Below, in pieces: positions 47,631 through 55,998 of a stretch of DNA of 64,000 nt (position 1 is its first letter; every line of letters begins with the position of its first letter). The notes beneath the pieces are model-generated. The model saw nothing but the letters and a program-made list of their open reading frames with translations. It had not been told where the DNA came from and did no database searches. This stretch comes from Bacteroidota bacterium (GTDB lineage: Bacteria > Bacteroidota > Bacteroidia > Bacteroidales > VadinHA17). The stretch lies in assembly GCA_034659275.1 (NCBI GenBank), contig JAYEGY010000013.1:3299-67298 (forward strand), written 5' to 3'. The position numbers and the translations under genes are program-made.

Positions 47631-48272
47631 TTACACCTCTATTATTTTATTTTTTATTGCATACAGTATCAGGCTTGCCGTGTTTTTTGACTGTGTCTTA
47701 CTCAGTAGGTTGGCCCTGTGCTTATCCACCGTTCTTTTACTTATAAAGAGGCTGTCAGCTATTTCCTGGTTTGAAAATCCTTCGCATATCTTGAGCAATA
47801 TTTCTTTTTCACGCTTTGAAAGGTTGGCATGCCTTGTCTCGGTTTCCCTTGACCTTATTTTTTGTATCACATGTTGGAGCAATTCCTGGGAGAAGTAGTT
47901 GCCTCCATTGTATACTGTAATAATTGCTTCTTTAACTTCGTTGATATCGGAATCTTTTAAAATAAATCCTTTTGCGCCGGCCTCAACCATCCTGTGGTAA
48001 TATTCCTCCTCCCCGTACATTGAAAGTGCTATTATCTTAATATCGGGATCTATCTCCAGGCCCCTGCGTGTTGCTTCGATACCGTCCATCACAGGCATAT
48101 TGATATCCATAAGTATGATATGGCATTTTGTGTTGGCTATTATTTTCAGCACCTCTTCGCCGTTACCTGCTTCTCCTGCAATTTCAAAATTGTCAAAAGC
48201 ATCGAGTAATATGCGGAGGCCGTTCCTGAATAGCTGATGATCATCTGCAAGGATTATTTTTATCTGGCTCAT
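47631..48272 (-). CDS. LuxR/NarL-family response regulator
   Basis: Receiver domain (ILADDHQLFRNGL, ILMDINMPVMDG) and a LuxR HTH (LSKREKEILLKICEGFSNQEIADSLFISKRTVDKHR). Confidence 0.85.
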   Translation of the reverse strand: MSQIKIILADDHQLFRNGLRILLDAFDNFEIAGEAGNGEEVLKIIANTKCHIILMDINMPVMDGIEATRRGLEIDPDIKIIALSMYGEEEYYHRMVEAGAKGFILKDSDINEVKEAIITVYNGGNYFSQELLQHVIQKIRSRETETRHANLSKREKEILLKICEGFSNQEIADSLFISKRTVDKHRANLLSKTQSKNTASLILYAIKNKIIEV

Positions 48273-48283
48273 AATTTAACGGG

Positions 48284-49237
48284 TTATTCCCCAATATTGA
48301 TTTTTATTAAAGAGTGCATGCCCTCTCCTTTATTGCTGTCGAGTACAAATATACCATTTACTGATTTTACACGTGTCTGGATATTGGAAAGTCCCATTCC
48401 CATATTCTCTTCACTTTCAATTATTTCAGCATCGAAGCCTCTGCCGTCGTCTCTGTACTGCAAAATAATAAAATTTCCGTGTATGTTAAGGTCTATTGAA
48501 ATGTTTGATGCCCCCGAATGTTTGAGTGAGTTATTGATCAGTTCACAGGCTGAACGGTAGATAACAGCTTCAATGTCACTATCAAATCTTTTCTCCCCCA
48601 CATTGCTGTTAAAAGTAAAATTTACATCCCTGGCTTTATTTATCTTTTTAATAAAAGAACTAACGGCGCTTACAAGTCCGAAATTAGTTAGCACATGGGG
48701 GCTGAGGGTATTGGATATATCCTTGATGGTTGCTATTGCCTCATTTACCAGGTGGCTTGTATTACTGATAATATCTTTATCTACCGCATCGGTAGCTCTG
48801 GCGGATAAGGCTGTAACAGACATCTTGACTGTTGACAGCAGTGGACCGAGGTCGTCATGCATGTCTTTTGCAAATCGTTTTCGTTCATTTTCTTCGGTAT
48901 TGATTATGGCATGCAGGACTTTTCGCTCAGATCTCACCCTGTCAATCTCGGCTCTTTTCAGTGACAGGAACAATTCCCTGGTGAGGATTACACCACCAAA
49001 TATCAATATCGAAATGAAAACACCTATCCAATTATCAATTACAGCTATGTTAACTGTATTTTCATCACGTGTAAGTTCAATGAGATGTATTATTTCCCTC
49101 CCTGCCATGAAAGTAAAAGCCAGCGAGAGCAATATCCACGAGAGGCGGTATTTAGTGAGCTTCATGAATCGCAGGGCAATTGATGCTGCGACTATCTGAA
49201 GACCGATGGAAATTACGAGGGCCAGTAAACGTACCAT
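48284..49237 (-). CDS. Membrane sensor histidine kinase (HisKA_3 type)
   Basis: Three N-terminal TM helices, an H-box MHDDLGPLLS and an HATPase_c C-terminus (GMGLSNIQTR). Confidence 0.8.
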   Translation of the reverse strand: MVRLLALVISIGLQIVAASIALRFMKLTKYRLSWILLSLAFTFMAGREIIHLIELTRDENTVNIAVIDNWIGVFISILIFGGVILTRELFLSLKRAEIDRVRSERKVLHAIINTEENERKRFAKDMHDDLGPLLSTVKMSVTALSARATDAVDKDIISNTSHLVNEAIATIKDISNTLSPHVLTNFGLVSAVSSFIKKINKARDVNFTFNSNVGEKRFDSDIEAVIYRSACELINNSLKHSGASNISIDLNIHGNFIILQYRDDGRGFDAEIIESEENMGMGLSNIQTRVKSVNGIFVLDSNKGEGMHSLIKINIGE

Positions 49238-49263
49238 ATGCTTTCAGTATTGTTTAATCATTA

Positions 49264-49271
49264 CAAAATTA
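49264..49271 (-). promoter_or_regulatory. -7 box TAATTTTG (minus strand) for the kinase-regulator-yraN operon
   Basis: CAAAATTA on the plus strand, 27 nt upstream of the ATG at 49237. Confidence 0.4.
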
Positions 49272-49284
49272 AGAGAATTTACCT

Positions 49285-49434
49285 CACTTACCACCTTCGC
49301 TGGCGCGGATCTCCAGCTCTGTCCGCCGTAGCTCTGCGGAGGCGGGATCCGTGCCAAGCTTCGGCGGTCAAAGTGTTCGGTGTAATTTGCTTCGCTCCCT
49401 TCGACAGGCTCAGGGCAAGTCGCTCGGTGTAATT
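49285..49434. repeat. GC-rich island flanking the second four-helix-bundle gene
   Basis: About 150 nt that are much more GC-rich than the surroundings, with several short stems (CCGCC..GGCGG). TCGGTGTAATT is repeated directly at 49377-49387 and 49424-49434. GTAATTTGC lies at 49382-49390. Confidence 0.7.
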
Positions 49435-49801
49435 ATGTTGTGCTTTCTGATACTGATTTAAGTGAACGGATGAATTTGTTGAGTTTAATCTTCTCCTCTG
49501 CCGTGTATTGTTGCATTTTTTGCAAATGGTCAGGTATTATAAGATTTCTTCTTTCCAATCTGCCTGTCCAATATATTGTTTCATAAAGAGATCCTCTGGA
49601 GTTATAATAAAATTTCAGGGAGTCTCTGTAATGAAACCGTCCAAAGCCTTCAGCTATATTTGCACCTATTGAATCTGCTGCATCAAGGAACTGCTGACCT
49701 GTGGTATATCTGAATTCACGGGGTAAGGTCTGGTATATTTCCCAGGTAAAATCACTTATTTTTAAAGCAATCTGATAAATTTAAAGATTTTCTAAATCCA
49801 T
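49433..49801 (-). pseudogene. Four-helix-bundle protein gene (IVS-protein/Avd family) interrupted by an in-frame TAA at codon 7
   Basis: Absent from the ORF track. My minus-strand translation reads ATG(49801-49799) MDLENL-TAA(49783-49781)-IYQIALKISDFTWEIYQTLPREFRYTTGQQFLDAADSIGANIAEGFGRFHYRDSLKFYYNSRGSLYETIYWTGRLERRNLIIPDHLQKMQQYTAEEKIKLNKFIRSLKSVSESTT-stop(49435-49433). That is 123 codons including the terminal stop, a typical family length. Confidence 0.7.
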
Positions 49802-49853
49802 ACAGCAAGCATTTTTATTAATATTTCCACATAGTAAATATAATAAATTCATA

Positions 49854-49887
49854 CAAATTACGCACTGCGCAGCAGTGCAAATTACGC
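49854..49887. repeat. Direct repeat CAAATTACGC x2 around the palindrome GCACTGC-gca-GCAGTGC
   Basis: Copies at 49854-49863 and 49878-49887. GCAAATTAC (49877-49885) is the reverse complement of GTAATTTGC at 49382-49390, on the other side of the four-helix-bundle gene. Confidence 0.75.
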
Positions 49888-49911
49888 GACCAACGGGAGC
49901 AAATATTTTCT

Positions 49912-49919
49912 TACCTTTG
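49912..49919 (+). promoter_or_regulatory. -7 box TACCTTTG for waaA
   Basis: Exact TAnnTTTG match 22 nt upstream of the ATG at 49941. Confidence 0.4.
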
Positions 49920-49940
49920 GGCTGGTCAAATTGAGTACTA

Positions 49941-51170
49941 ATGAAATATCTTTATTCCACAGGTATATACATCTATAATTTCCTGCTTTTAATAGCGTCT
50001 CTTTTCAATAAGAAGGCAGCAGCAATGCTCAGGGGAAGAAGGGATACTTTCGATAAGATTAAACAAAGCTTTAAAAATGGTGATCGTGTCTTCTGGTTTC
50101 ATTGCGCTTCACTCGGTGAATTTGAGCAGGGAAGGCCGGTGATTGAAAGGCTTAAGTCTGAGGAGCCCGAGGTAAAAATATTACTAAGCTTCTATTCACC
50201 ATCAGGCTATGAAATAAGGAACAATTATGACAAAGCTGATTGTGTGGTCTATATGCCGGCAGATACTGTGCGGAATGCAAACAAGTTAATAAATCTGGCA
50301 AGACCTGAAAAGGCGGTATTTATTAAATATGAATTCTGGTATAATTTCCTGGCGGTATTGCAAAAAAGAAATATACCTGTTTACCTCATTTCCGGCATTT
50401 TCAGGTCCAAACAGCCATTTTTCAGGTGGTACGGTAAATACTTCATTAATATACTGAGGCGATTCAACCGTTTGTATATACAGGATGTTGCCTCGGCGGA
50501 ATTGCTGAAGGCACATGATATACATAATTACACTATCAGTGGCGATACCCGTTTCGACAGGGTTGTGGCTATAAGTAAAAACGCTGATAAAATTCCCCTC
50601 ATAGAAAGATTCAAAGACGGTAAGAGGTTGATAGTGGCAGGCAGCACATGGCCTCCCGAAGAGGAAATAATAGCTGAATATTTGAATAAGGAAGGGAAGG
50701 GTATTAAATTTATAATTGCCCCTCACAATATAGGCGCGTCAAATATTGAGCGACTGGAAAATATACTCAAGGTATCCCATATGAAATATTCACAGGTCAA
50801 GGTACTTATCCCGGATGATATACAGGTTTTAATAATAGACAGCATCGGCTTATTGTCGTCAATCTACCGGTATGCCGATATAGCTGTTATCGGAGGCGGT
50901 TTCGGCAGGGGCATACATAATATACTGGAAGCGGCTACCTGGTCGGTACCCGTAATGTTCGGACCGCGGTATTCCCGGTTCAGGGAAGCTGTTGATCTTG
51001 TAAAAATGGGAGGAGCCAGGGTATTTAACAATTACAGCAGTTTCGTCAGCGCAGTGAACGGGCTTATCGGTGATCCTGAACTGTTGGAGGAGGCAGGAAG
51101 AATAAATCTTTCATATATAAATAGTAACCTTGGGGCTACTGAAATGATCACTGCAAAGTTATTAACATGA
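49941..51170 (+). CDS. waaA: 3-deoxy-D-manno-octulosonic acid (Kdo) transferase
   Basis: FHCASLGEFEQGRPVIE and a C-terminal GGSF-like GGGFGRGIHNILEAA, 409 aa. Confidence 0.85.
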   Translation: MKYLYSTGIYIYNFLLLIASLFNKKAAAMLRGRRDTFDKIKQSFKNGDRVFWFHCASLGEFEQGRPVIERLKSEEPEVKILLSFYSPSGYEIRNNYDKADCVVYMPADTVRNANKLINLARPEKAVFIKYEFWYNFLAVLQKRNIPVYLISGIFRSKQPFFRWYGKYFINILRRFNRLYIQDVASAELLKAHDIHNYTISGDTRFDRVVAISKNADKIPLIERFKDGKRLIVAGSTWPPEEEIIAEYLNKEGKGIKFIIAPHNIGASNIERLENILKVSHMKYSQVKVLIPDDIQVLIIDSIGLLSSIYRYADIAVIGGGFGRGIHNILEAATWSVPVMFGPRYSRFREAVDLVKMGGARVFNNYSSFVSAVNGLIGDPELLEEAGRINLSYINSNLGATEMITAKLLT

Positions 51171-51360
51171 AACTGTTAATTTTATGTTCATAAACCCACT
51201 TGCATTTGTATATAAAATGTAACGGGAATGTAAAAACTATCGGACTTCAAAGCCTTATATTAGAGCCCCGTTTCACGAAACATAAGAAAGCTAAACGATG
51301 GTTTATAAAAAGCTTTTAAAAGAACTATCATTAATTATTTCTAACCTCAATTTAAGATAC

Positions 51361-53910
51361 ATGAAAAAGCGAATTCTATTAATGTCGCTTCTGGCGATAT
51401 TTGTTTGCGCCACTAATGTTTTCGGTCAGCAAACAACCGAGATCACGGGAAAAATTATTGATTCCCAGGGGGAGTCAATAGTTGGCGCAAATGTTTATCT
51501 CGAGGGAACAACTATCGGAACAGTAGCTGACCTAAAAGGTAATTTTACCCTTACAACAAAGGCCCGGGGTAGTTACACTCTGATAATATCTTTTGTCGGG
51601 ATGATCCAGGTTGAGCGACAGGTTGAACTTACCGGTTCTGATATTGACCTTGGAACGATAGTAATGGAAAGTGATGCTGTTGGTCTGGCCGAGGTATCGG
51701 TTTTTGCCAATATTGCCATTGACCGCAAAACACCTGTTCCGGTTGCCAACATTAAACCGGCATATATCGAAGAAAGACTGGGGATGCAGGAATTCCCGGA
51801 GATATTGAAATCCACCCCGGGAGTTTATGCAACCAAGCAGGGGGGTGCCTTTGGAGATTCACGTGTTAATATTCGAGGATTCAATGCTCGTAACTCTGCG
51901 GTAATGATAAACGGCGTGCCTGTAAATGATATGGAGAACGGCTGGGTTTACTGGTCGAACTGGGCAGGCCTTGCGGATGTCACCAGGACCATGCAGGTAC
52001 AGCGCGGGCTGGGTGCTTCAAAGATTGCCATCCCTTCACTTGGCGGCACAATAAACATACTTACCAAGACCACTGATGCGGAACGGGGTGGTAATATTTA
52101 TTATGCTGTGGGTAACGATGCTTATACCAAAACCGGTTTCACCCTTTCATCGGGTCTCACAAATGATAACTGGGCAACAACCCTTTCAATATCCAAAACA
52201 AGTGGCGATGGAATAGTGGATGGAACACAGTTTGAATCTTATTCCTATTACCTTAACGTCTCAAAACTAATTAACAATCAGCACAGGCTCGCCTTCTCTT
52301 TATTCGGTGCACCGCAATGGCATGGGCAGAGGAGCACAAGCATGCTGATAAGTACTTATAAAGATCCTACCATAAACAGTATATATTATAATTCGGACTG
52401 GGGATATAAAAATGGTGAAGTATACCATATAAGGAAGAACTATTACCATAAGCCCATGTCCATTCTTAACCATTTCTGGGATGTAAATGAAAAGCTTAAT
52501 ATATCCACTGCTGCTTACCTTTCGATTGGGACAGGCGGTGGCACGGGTCCGCTGGGGGAAAATAAATTTTACGATCCTTCTTATTTGAGGGAGAACCAGC
52601 CTGATATTGACAGGATAGTGGATGAAAACATTGAAAATGGTGCCGGGGGCTCAGAAACAATAATCAGATCATCAAGGAATGACCATTTTTGGACCGGGAT
52701 ACTGACAAATGCAACTTACACCCAGGACTGGCTTACCATTACCGGCGGTGTTGACCTAAGGTATTACAAGGGGATACATTTTCGCGAGGTAATTGACCTT
52801 CTCGGGGGAGAATATTACTTTGATAACAGCGATATAAACCATCCTAATAAGGCAGCTTATGTAGAAGACAGGATAGATTATTACAACGATGGCATAGTAA
52901 ACTGGCAGGGTGTATTTGCTCAGGCTGAAGGTGAATTTGGTGACCTGACGGCTTTCATTGACGGGGCAATATCGAATAAGTCATATAAGAGGGTTGAATA
53001 TTTCCTTGAAACGCATGATGGATCGGGAGCATTGTCTGACACATATTATTTCCCCGGCTTTAGCTTTAAGGGAGGAGCAAATTACAACCTGACAGAGGAA
53101 CATAATGTTTTTCTCAATGCAGGATTATTCCAGAACCAACCTGATTTCAGGACGGTTTTTTATAACTATACCAACGATGCCAATGCGGATGCCCCCAATG
53201 AAAAAGTATTATCATTTGAGCTGGGCTACGGTTACCGAAGCAGTTTTATCACAGCTAATATCAATGCATATTATACTGCATGGAAGGATAAATCAAGGGT
53301 TATCAGTTACCGGGACAATGGTGTTGACAAGTTTGCAAACCTTGAAGGCATCAATGCATTGCATAAAGGAATTGAAATCGATTTCACTGCAAAGCCGGTT
53401 AATAAACTCACGGTTAGCGGTATGGCTTCCCTGGGCGACTGGAGGTGGATGAATAATATCATTGATGCGAGATTCTATGATGACAGTCAGAATCTTATAG
53501 CCACACAGTCTGTCTATATTGCCGGTGTACACGTTGGTGATGCTGCACAGGTTACATCTGCACTGAATGTGTCTTACATATTGCTGGCAGGGCTGAAGTT
53601 CGGGATTGATTACACCTATTATGATAAGCTCTTTGCCTATTTCGACCCGGAAGGACGTACATCAGAGCCGGCAAGCGGTGAAAATCCTGATGCATGGCAG
53701 ATGCCCGGATACCAGCTCGTAGATGTATTTATGAGGTATAATTTTGACCTGGGGCCTTACCGTGCCACGCTGGTGGGTAATATAAATAACCTCTTTGATA
53801 GTGAATATATATCAGATGCCAGGGATGGTACATCACACTCCTGGACAGACGCAGAAGTATACTATGGCTGGGGTCGTTCATGGATGGTCAGCCTGAAGAT
53901 AGATTTTTAA
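51361..53910 (+). CDS. TonB-dependent outer-membrane receptor with an N-terminal carboxypeptidase-regulatory-like domain
   Basis: I chose the start at MKKRILLMSLLAIFVCATNVFGQ (signal peptide). It has a CarbopepD_reg-like ITGKIIDSQGESIVGANVYLEG, a plug region, and a terminal ...SLKIDF ending in an aromatic residue. Confidence 0.85.
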   Translation: MKKRILLMSLLAIFVCATNVFGQQTTEITGKIIDSQGESIVGANVYLEGTTIGTVADLKGNFTLTTKARGSYTLIISFVGMIQVERQVELTGSDIDLGTIVMESDAVGLAEVSVFANIAIDRKTPVPVANIKPAYIEERLGMQEFPEILKSTPGVYATKQGGAFGDSRVNIRGFNARNSAVMINGVPVNDMENGWVYWSNWAGLADVTRTMQVQRGLGASKIAIPSLGGTINILTKTTDAERGGNIYYAVGNDAYTKTGFTLSSGLTNDNWATTLSISKTSGDGIVDGTQFESYSYYLNVSKLINNQHRLAFSLFGAPQWHGQRSTSMLISTYKDPTINSIYYNSDWGYKNGEVYHIRKNYYHKPMSILNHFWDVNEKLNISTAAYLSIGTGGGTGPLGENKFYDPSYLRENQPDIDRIVDENIENGAGGSETIIRSSRNDHFWTGILTNATYTQDWLTITGGVDLRYYKGIHFREVIDLLGGEYYFDNSDINHPNKAAYVEDRIDYYNDGIVNWQGVFAQAEGEFGDLTAFIDGAISNKSYKRVEYFLETHDGSGALSDTYYFPGFSFKGGANYNLTEEHNVFLNAGLFQNQPDFRTVFYNYTNDANADAPNEKVLSFELGYGYRSSFITANINAYYTAWKDKSRVISYRDNGVDKFANLEGINALHKGIEIDFTAKPVNKLTVSGMASLGDWRWMNNIIDARFYDDSQNLIATQSVYIAGVHVGDAAQVTSALNVSYILLAGLKFGIDYTYYDKLFAYFDPEGRTSEPASGENPDAWQMPGYQLVDVFMRYNFDLGPYRATLVGNINNLFDSEYISDARDGTSHSWTDAEVYYGWGRSWMVSLKIDF

Positions 53911-53940
53911 CCCGTAAACATATCTACAACAATATTTAAA

Positions 53941-55686
53941 ATGGATAAAATAAAAAAAGCAATATATTATTTAATGGTAATTTCGCTCATCATGGCTTCT
54001 TGTGAACCAATGGCTGAGATCTATGATGAGCTGGAAGCAATGGATACCGGATATGCGGCAGAATTTACATATATCCTGGAGTCAGATGATTATGCTGCTA
54101 TAGCCGACCTTACCTCAAACGGTGATGCAGCTGATTTCATAGAGGATAACGAAGCTTTCAGCGATGAATATCCCGCTTCTGTATACCTGCCCGCATATCT
54201 TGAGGATTTATACCCGGCACTGGGAGAATCATCAGTGGGGAAAATAGGATATAACTTCTTCACCGGATACCCGGAGTATCTTGATAATTACTACGAGCCT
54301 GAAACATATTATGTCAGCGATGAGGATTATAATTCAGTAGGTGGCGATGTCCAGACGTTTAAAACGTTCATCGGAGATGATAAGCCTGAGGATTATATCC
54401 CTGGATTCCTGGCTGCAGAATACCCCGATCCAGAAGAAGACGATGTGGTCCTTGCACTTTATAATTATGTAGAGGAAATTAATGATCCTTCTATTGTGCA
54501 TGTAATGCAGTCGGAGGATTACCAGCTTATAGTTGATCACGTGGCTAACGACATCAATCCTGATTATGTCAGCAGCTATGGTAATAACGAGTACTATTAC
54601 GGTGCAAATGCTTATTATTCAAACTTTGATGCCAACATAGAAACGCGGGAAGATTATAACGTTGAAGGCTTTGAAGGTCTTACCGAAGAGGAAGCCGAAG
54701 CTCTCATAGAAGAACGTATCCAGCTTGCTATCGTTTACTGGCTTGAACAGACATACCCGAATGCCGTGCCAATGGTGCAGGGTCAAACCGTATACTATAA
54801 TGTACAGTATGATACTTATAAATACGGTGGATTAGGTGGTACATACTATGTTGTTTATGAATGTATTGCCTCAGGTTCACCTGCGACCTTCGAACTGGTT
54901 GCAGGCCCTTCCGAAGATTACCTTGTGTATTCTAACACGGTAAAAGAGGACAGGGGTGATTATTACCAGTTCGACGGAAACGAATGGGAGACCATGGATG
55001 GTGTATATTATCTTAGCTCGGCTGATTATGATGATATGGGAGCTCCCGGGAGGTATAACAACTTCTCAAGCTCCGATAGGCCGGAAAACTATATTCCCCA
55101 GCTGCTCGATGCTATGTATCCTTATGCACAGGATGGGGATAAGATGGCAGTATCCTATAAATACTACTCAAGCGGATCCACTACTGTGAGGGCTATGGAA
55201 TATACTTACGATGGAGAATGGAAAGCTTTTGATCCTTACATATCCAAGCAGGATCAATTCATTCATAACGGCACAGACTGGGTATTTGATCCCACTGTCA
55301 TGTTCACAATGACATCAAACGATTACCAGATAATCGTTGATTATGTTAAGAATAATATAGATGACAGCTATCTTGATTCATACGGTACTGCTGAATTCTA
55401 TTCAGGGGCAAGTGCGTATTATGTTAACTTTGATACCAGGAGTGGTAGCTTCGAAGAGTCAGTCTTTGATTCATGGCAGGATGCTGTGGAGTGGGCAATT
55501 GGTGAAGCCCTGCTCCCAACAAAGTACCCTGATGCGGTGACCCAGGTGAGCGGAATTGATGTATATTACATTGTCAGCTTTGAAGCTTACAGCGGTGCCA
55601 CAGGAAATTATTCAATGAAATTCCAGGTGACGAAGTCGGGGCCCAATCCTGAATTTACACTTGTTGAAGGTCCTACTGCAAACTGA
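53941..55686 (+). CDS. Acidic Tyr-rich surface lipoprotein with an internal tandem duplication (unknown family)
   Basis: Lipobox IMASC. The two ~200-aa modules share motifs such as DYQ(L/I)IVD.V.N.I...Y..SYG..E(Y/F)Y.GA.AYY.NFD and P(A/E)(T/F)(F/T)(E/L)LV.GP. It starts 30 nt after the receptor gene. Confidence 0.65.
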   Translation: MDKIKKAIYYLMVISLIMASCEPMAEIYDELEAMDTGYAAEFTYILESDDYAAIADLTSNGDAADFIEDNEAFSDEYPASVYLPAYLEDLYPALGESSVGKIGYNFFTGYPEYLDNYYEPETYYVSDEDYNSVGGDVQTFKTFIGDDKPEDYIPGFLAAEYPDPEEDDVVLALYNYVEEINDPSIVHVMQSEDYQLIVDHVANDINPDYVSSYGNNEYYYGANAYYSNFDANIETREDYNVEGFEGLTEEEAEALIEERIQLAIVYWLEQTYPNAVPMVQGQTVYYNVQYDTYKYGGLGGTYYVVYECIASGSPATFELVAGPSEDYLVYSNTVKEDRGDYYQFDGNEWETMDGVYYLSSADYDDMGAPGRYNNFSSSDRPENYIPQLLDAMYPYAQDGDKMAVSYKYYSSGSTTVRAMEYTYDGEWKAFDPYISKQDQFIHNGTDWVFDPTVMFTMTSNDYQIIVDYVKNNIDDSYLDSYGTAEFYSGASAYYVNFDTRSGSFEESVFDSWQDAVEWAIGEALLPTKYPDAVTQVSGIDVYYIVSFEAYSGATGNYSMKFQVTKSGPNPEFTLVEGPTAN

Positions 55687-55707
55687 TTAATTTCTTTGAA
55701 TTATAAA

Positions 55708-55736
55708 GAAAAGGAAGGAATTTTTCCTTCCTTTTC
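55708..55736 (+). terminator. Rho-independent terminator after the receptor-lipoprotein pair
   Basis: GAAAAGGAAGGAA-ttt-TTCCTTCCTTTTC hairpin followed by a T-rich tail. Confidence 0.75.
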
Positions 55737-55998
55737 TGTTATTTAAAGCACTCATCAGACCTCCTCCTGGTGTGAAAAAAATAGCAGCAGATACAGCTTT
55801 CAACGGGCATCGGCAACCTCATGTAAAGTGCAGGCAGCCAAGAATATATAAGTCGGCGTTGATAACTAGGGCTGATTGTTAATAATTATGGCTTGTTTCT
55901 CCTGAAGGCCTTTCTTAATTTAGCATTACCTGTAAGAATTACTGATCATAATTCGAACTAGCTAATTTTCAAGTCGAATCCTTAAAACTGATCTGTCA

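Noticed and set aside
55737-55998. Cobalamin riboswitch or NrdR operator upstream of nrdJ
   Set aside because: I could find no B12-box-like GCCACTG core and no pair of 16-bp NrdR palindromes. It is kept only as an unexplained long leader.
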